Shown: piece by piece, positions 63,359-64,000 of the stretch | Numbering within the stretch: the stretch's first letter is position 1 | Layout: each line of letters opens with the position of its first letter | Assembly (NCBI RefSeq): GCF_964204645.1 | Contig: NC_134034.1 | Location: 1,361,972 to 1,425,971 of the forward strand | Source: Tubulanus polymorphus | Taxonomy: Eukaryota; Animalia; Nemertea | DNA length: 64,000 bases | Direction of reading: 5' to 3' | Notes under the pieces: model-generated | Database searches by the model: none | What the model saw: the letters and a program-made list of their open reading frames with translations, nothing else | Told to the model about the DNA's origin: nothing | Translations under genes and position numbers: made by a program

Positions 63359-64000
63359 AAGGTTCTCGCTAACGGTTTACAGCTTGCGTCATTGTCTTCC
63401 AACACGATCCGCTCACTACTCTTGTTCGAGCGTTCGACCGATCGATGATTCCTGCGCCGGAGCACCAGAACAAACCGATGAACCCACGACGAAACGACGG
63501 ACGGGAAAAAATCGGTAGAAAAAACTCTCGTGACGCGATTCGGTTTACGGTGGTCGTGATTTCGGGGCTGCGGTGAGACTGGTGCCGGCGTTGACGTCAA
63601 ATAGACGGGTTTTGACGTACAAGATCGGCGCGGATTTCATTCCCACTCTCTCCCTACTCGACCTCACAGAAGAATACAATATCATACATAAATAGATTTT
63701 ATTCTCTCGGAATGAAACCTAAATCCCCCCATGACGTTCTCAATTTCAGTGTTATAATGGTACAGTACTGGAAAAGATGGCTGCCTTCACGAATATCCGA
63801 ATGACGTATAGTCCATCTTACATAATTATAAGGAATACATAAGGAATCTACGTGTGGTGCAGAAAAGATGGCGAGTTACAATCCAGCAAACACCTTAGGA
63901 ATGTTGCGCTTTGTTTGTGACCAGGATCCACAGTTCTAGATTTAGTTCCACCTGGATCCAGTTCCACAGTCCCCTGATTCAGTTCCACCCTGATTTAAAG

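Noticed and set aside
61063-63660. GC-richer patches with short ORFs (61105-61419, 61613-61927, 62505-62693, 63337-63600)
   Set aside because: No recognisable motifs or consistent exon chain; they may be UTR or regulatory sequence and cannot be resolved without transcripts

Overview
Animal genomic DNA, AT-rich and intron-dense. The 5-HT1 receptor and repeat types point to a spiralian invertebrate (inference). From left to right: (1) a 14-exon minus-strand RA-PH-SH2 adaptor gene (Grb7/10/14-like), cut off by the window start; (2) two tandem 3-exon genes for small secreted double PAN/Apple proteins; (3) two near-identical U1 snRNA genes; (4) two tandem 13-14-exon minus-strand choline acetyltransferase (ChAT)-derived genes plus an orphan exon of a third copy, all lacking the catalytic His; (5) a single-coding-exon 5-HT1-type serotonin receptor; (6) an unassigned 346-aa ORF. 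Introns and intergenic DNA hold MITEs, MITE-derived satellites, LINE and Penelope-like remnants, and minimal hammerhead ribozyme motifs. The best candidates for novelty are the apparent ChAT pseudoenzyme cluster (one copy with a mitochondrial-type presequence and an antisense intronic U1 gene), the Grb/MRL hybrid adaptor, the PAN paralogs that diverge in one exon only, and the hammerhead arrays. All exon models were built by hand from GT-AG sites and phase checks. Homology calls come from recalled family motifs, not database searches.
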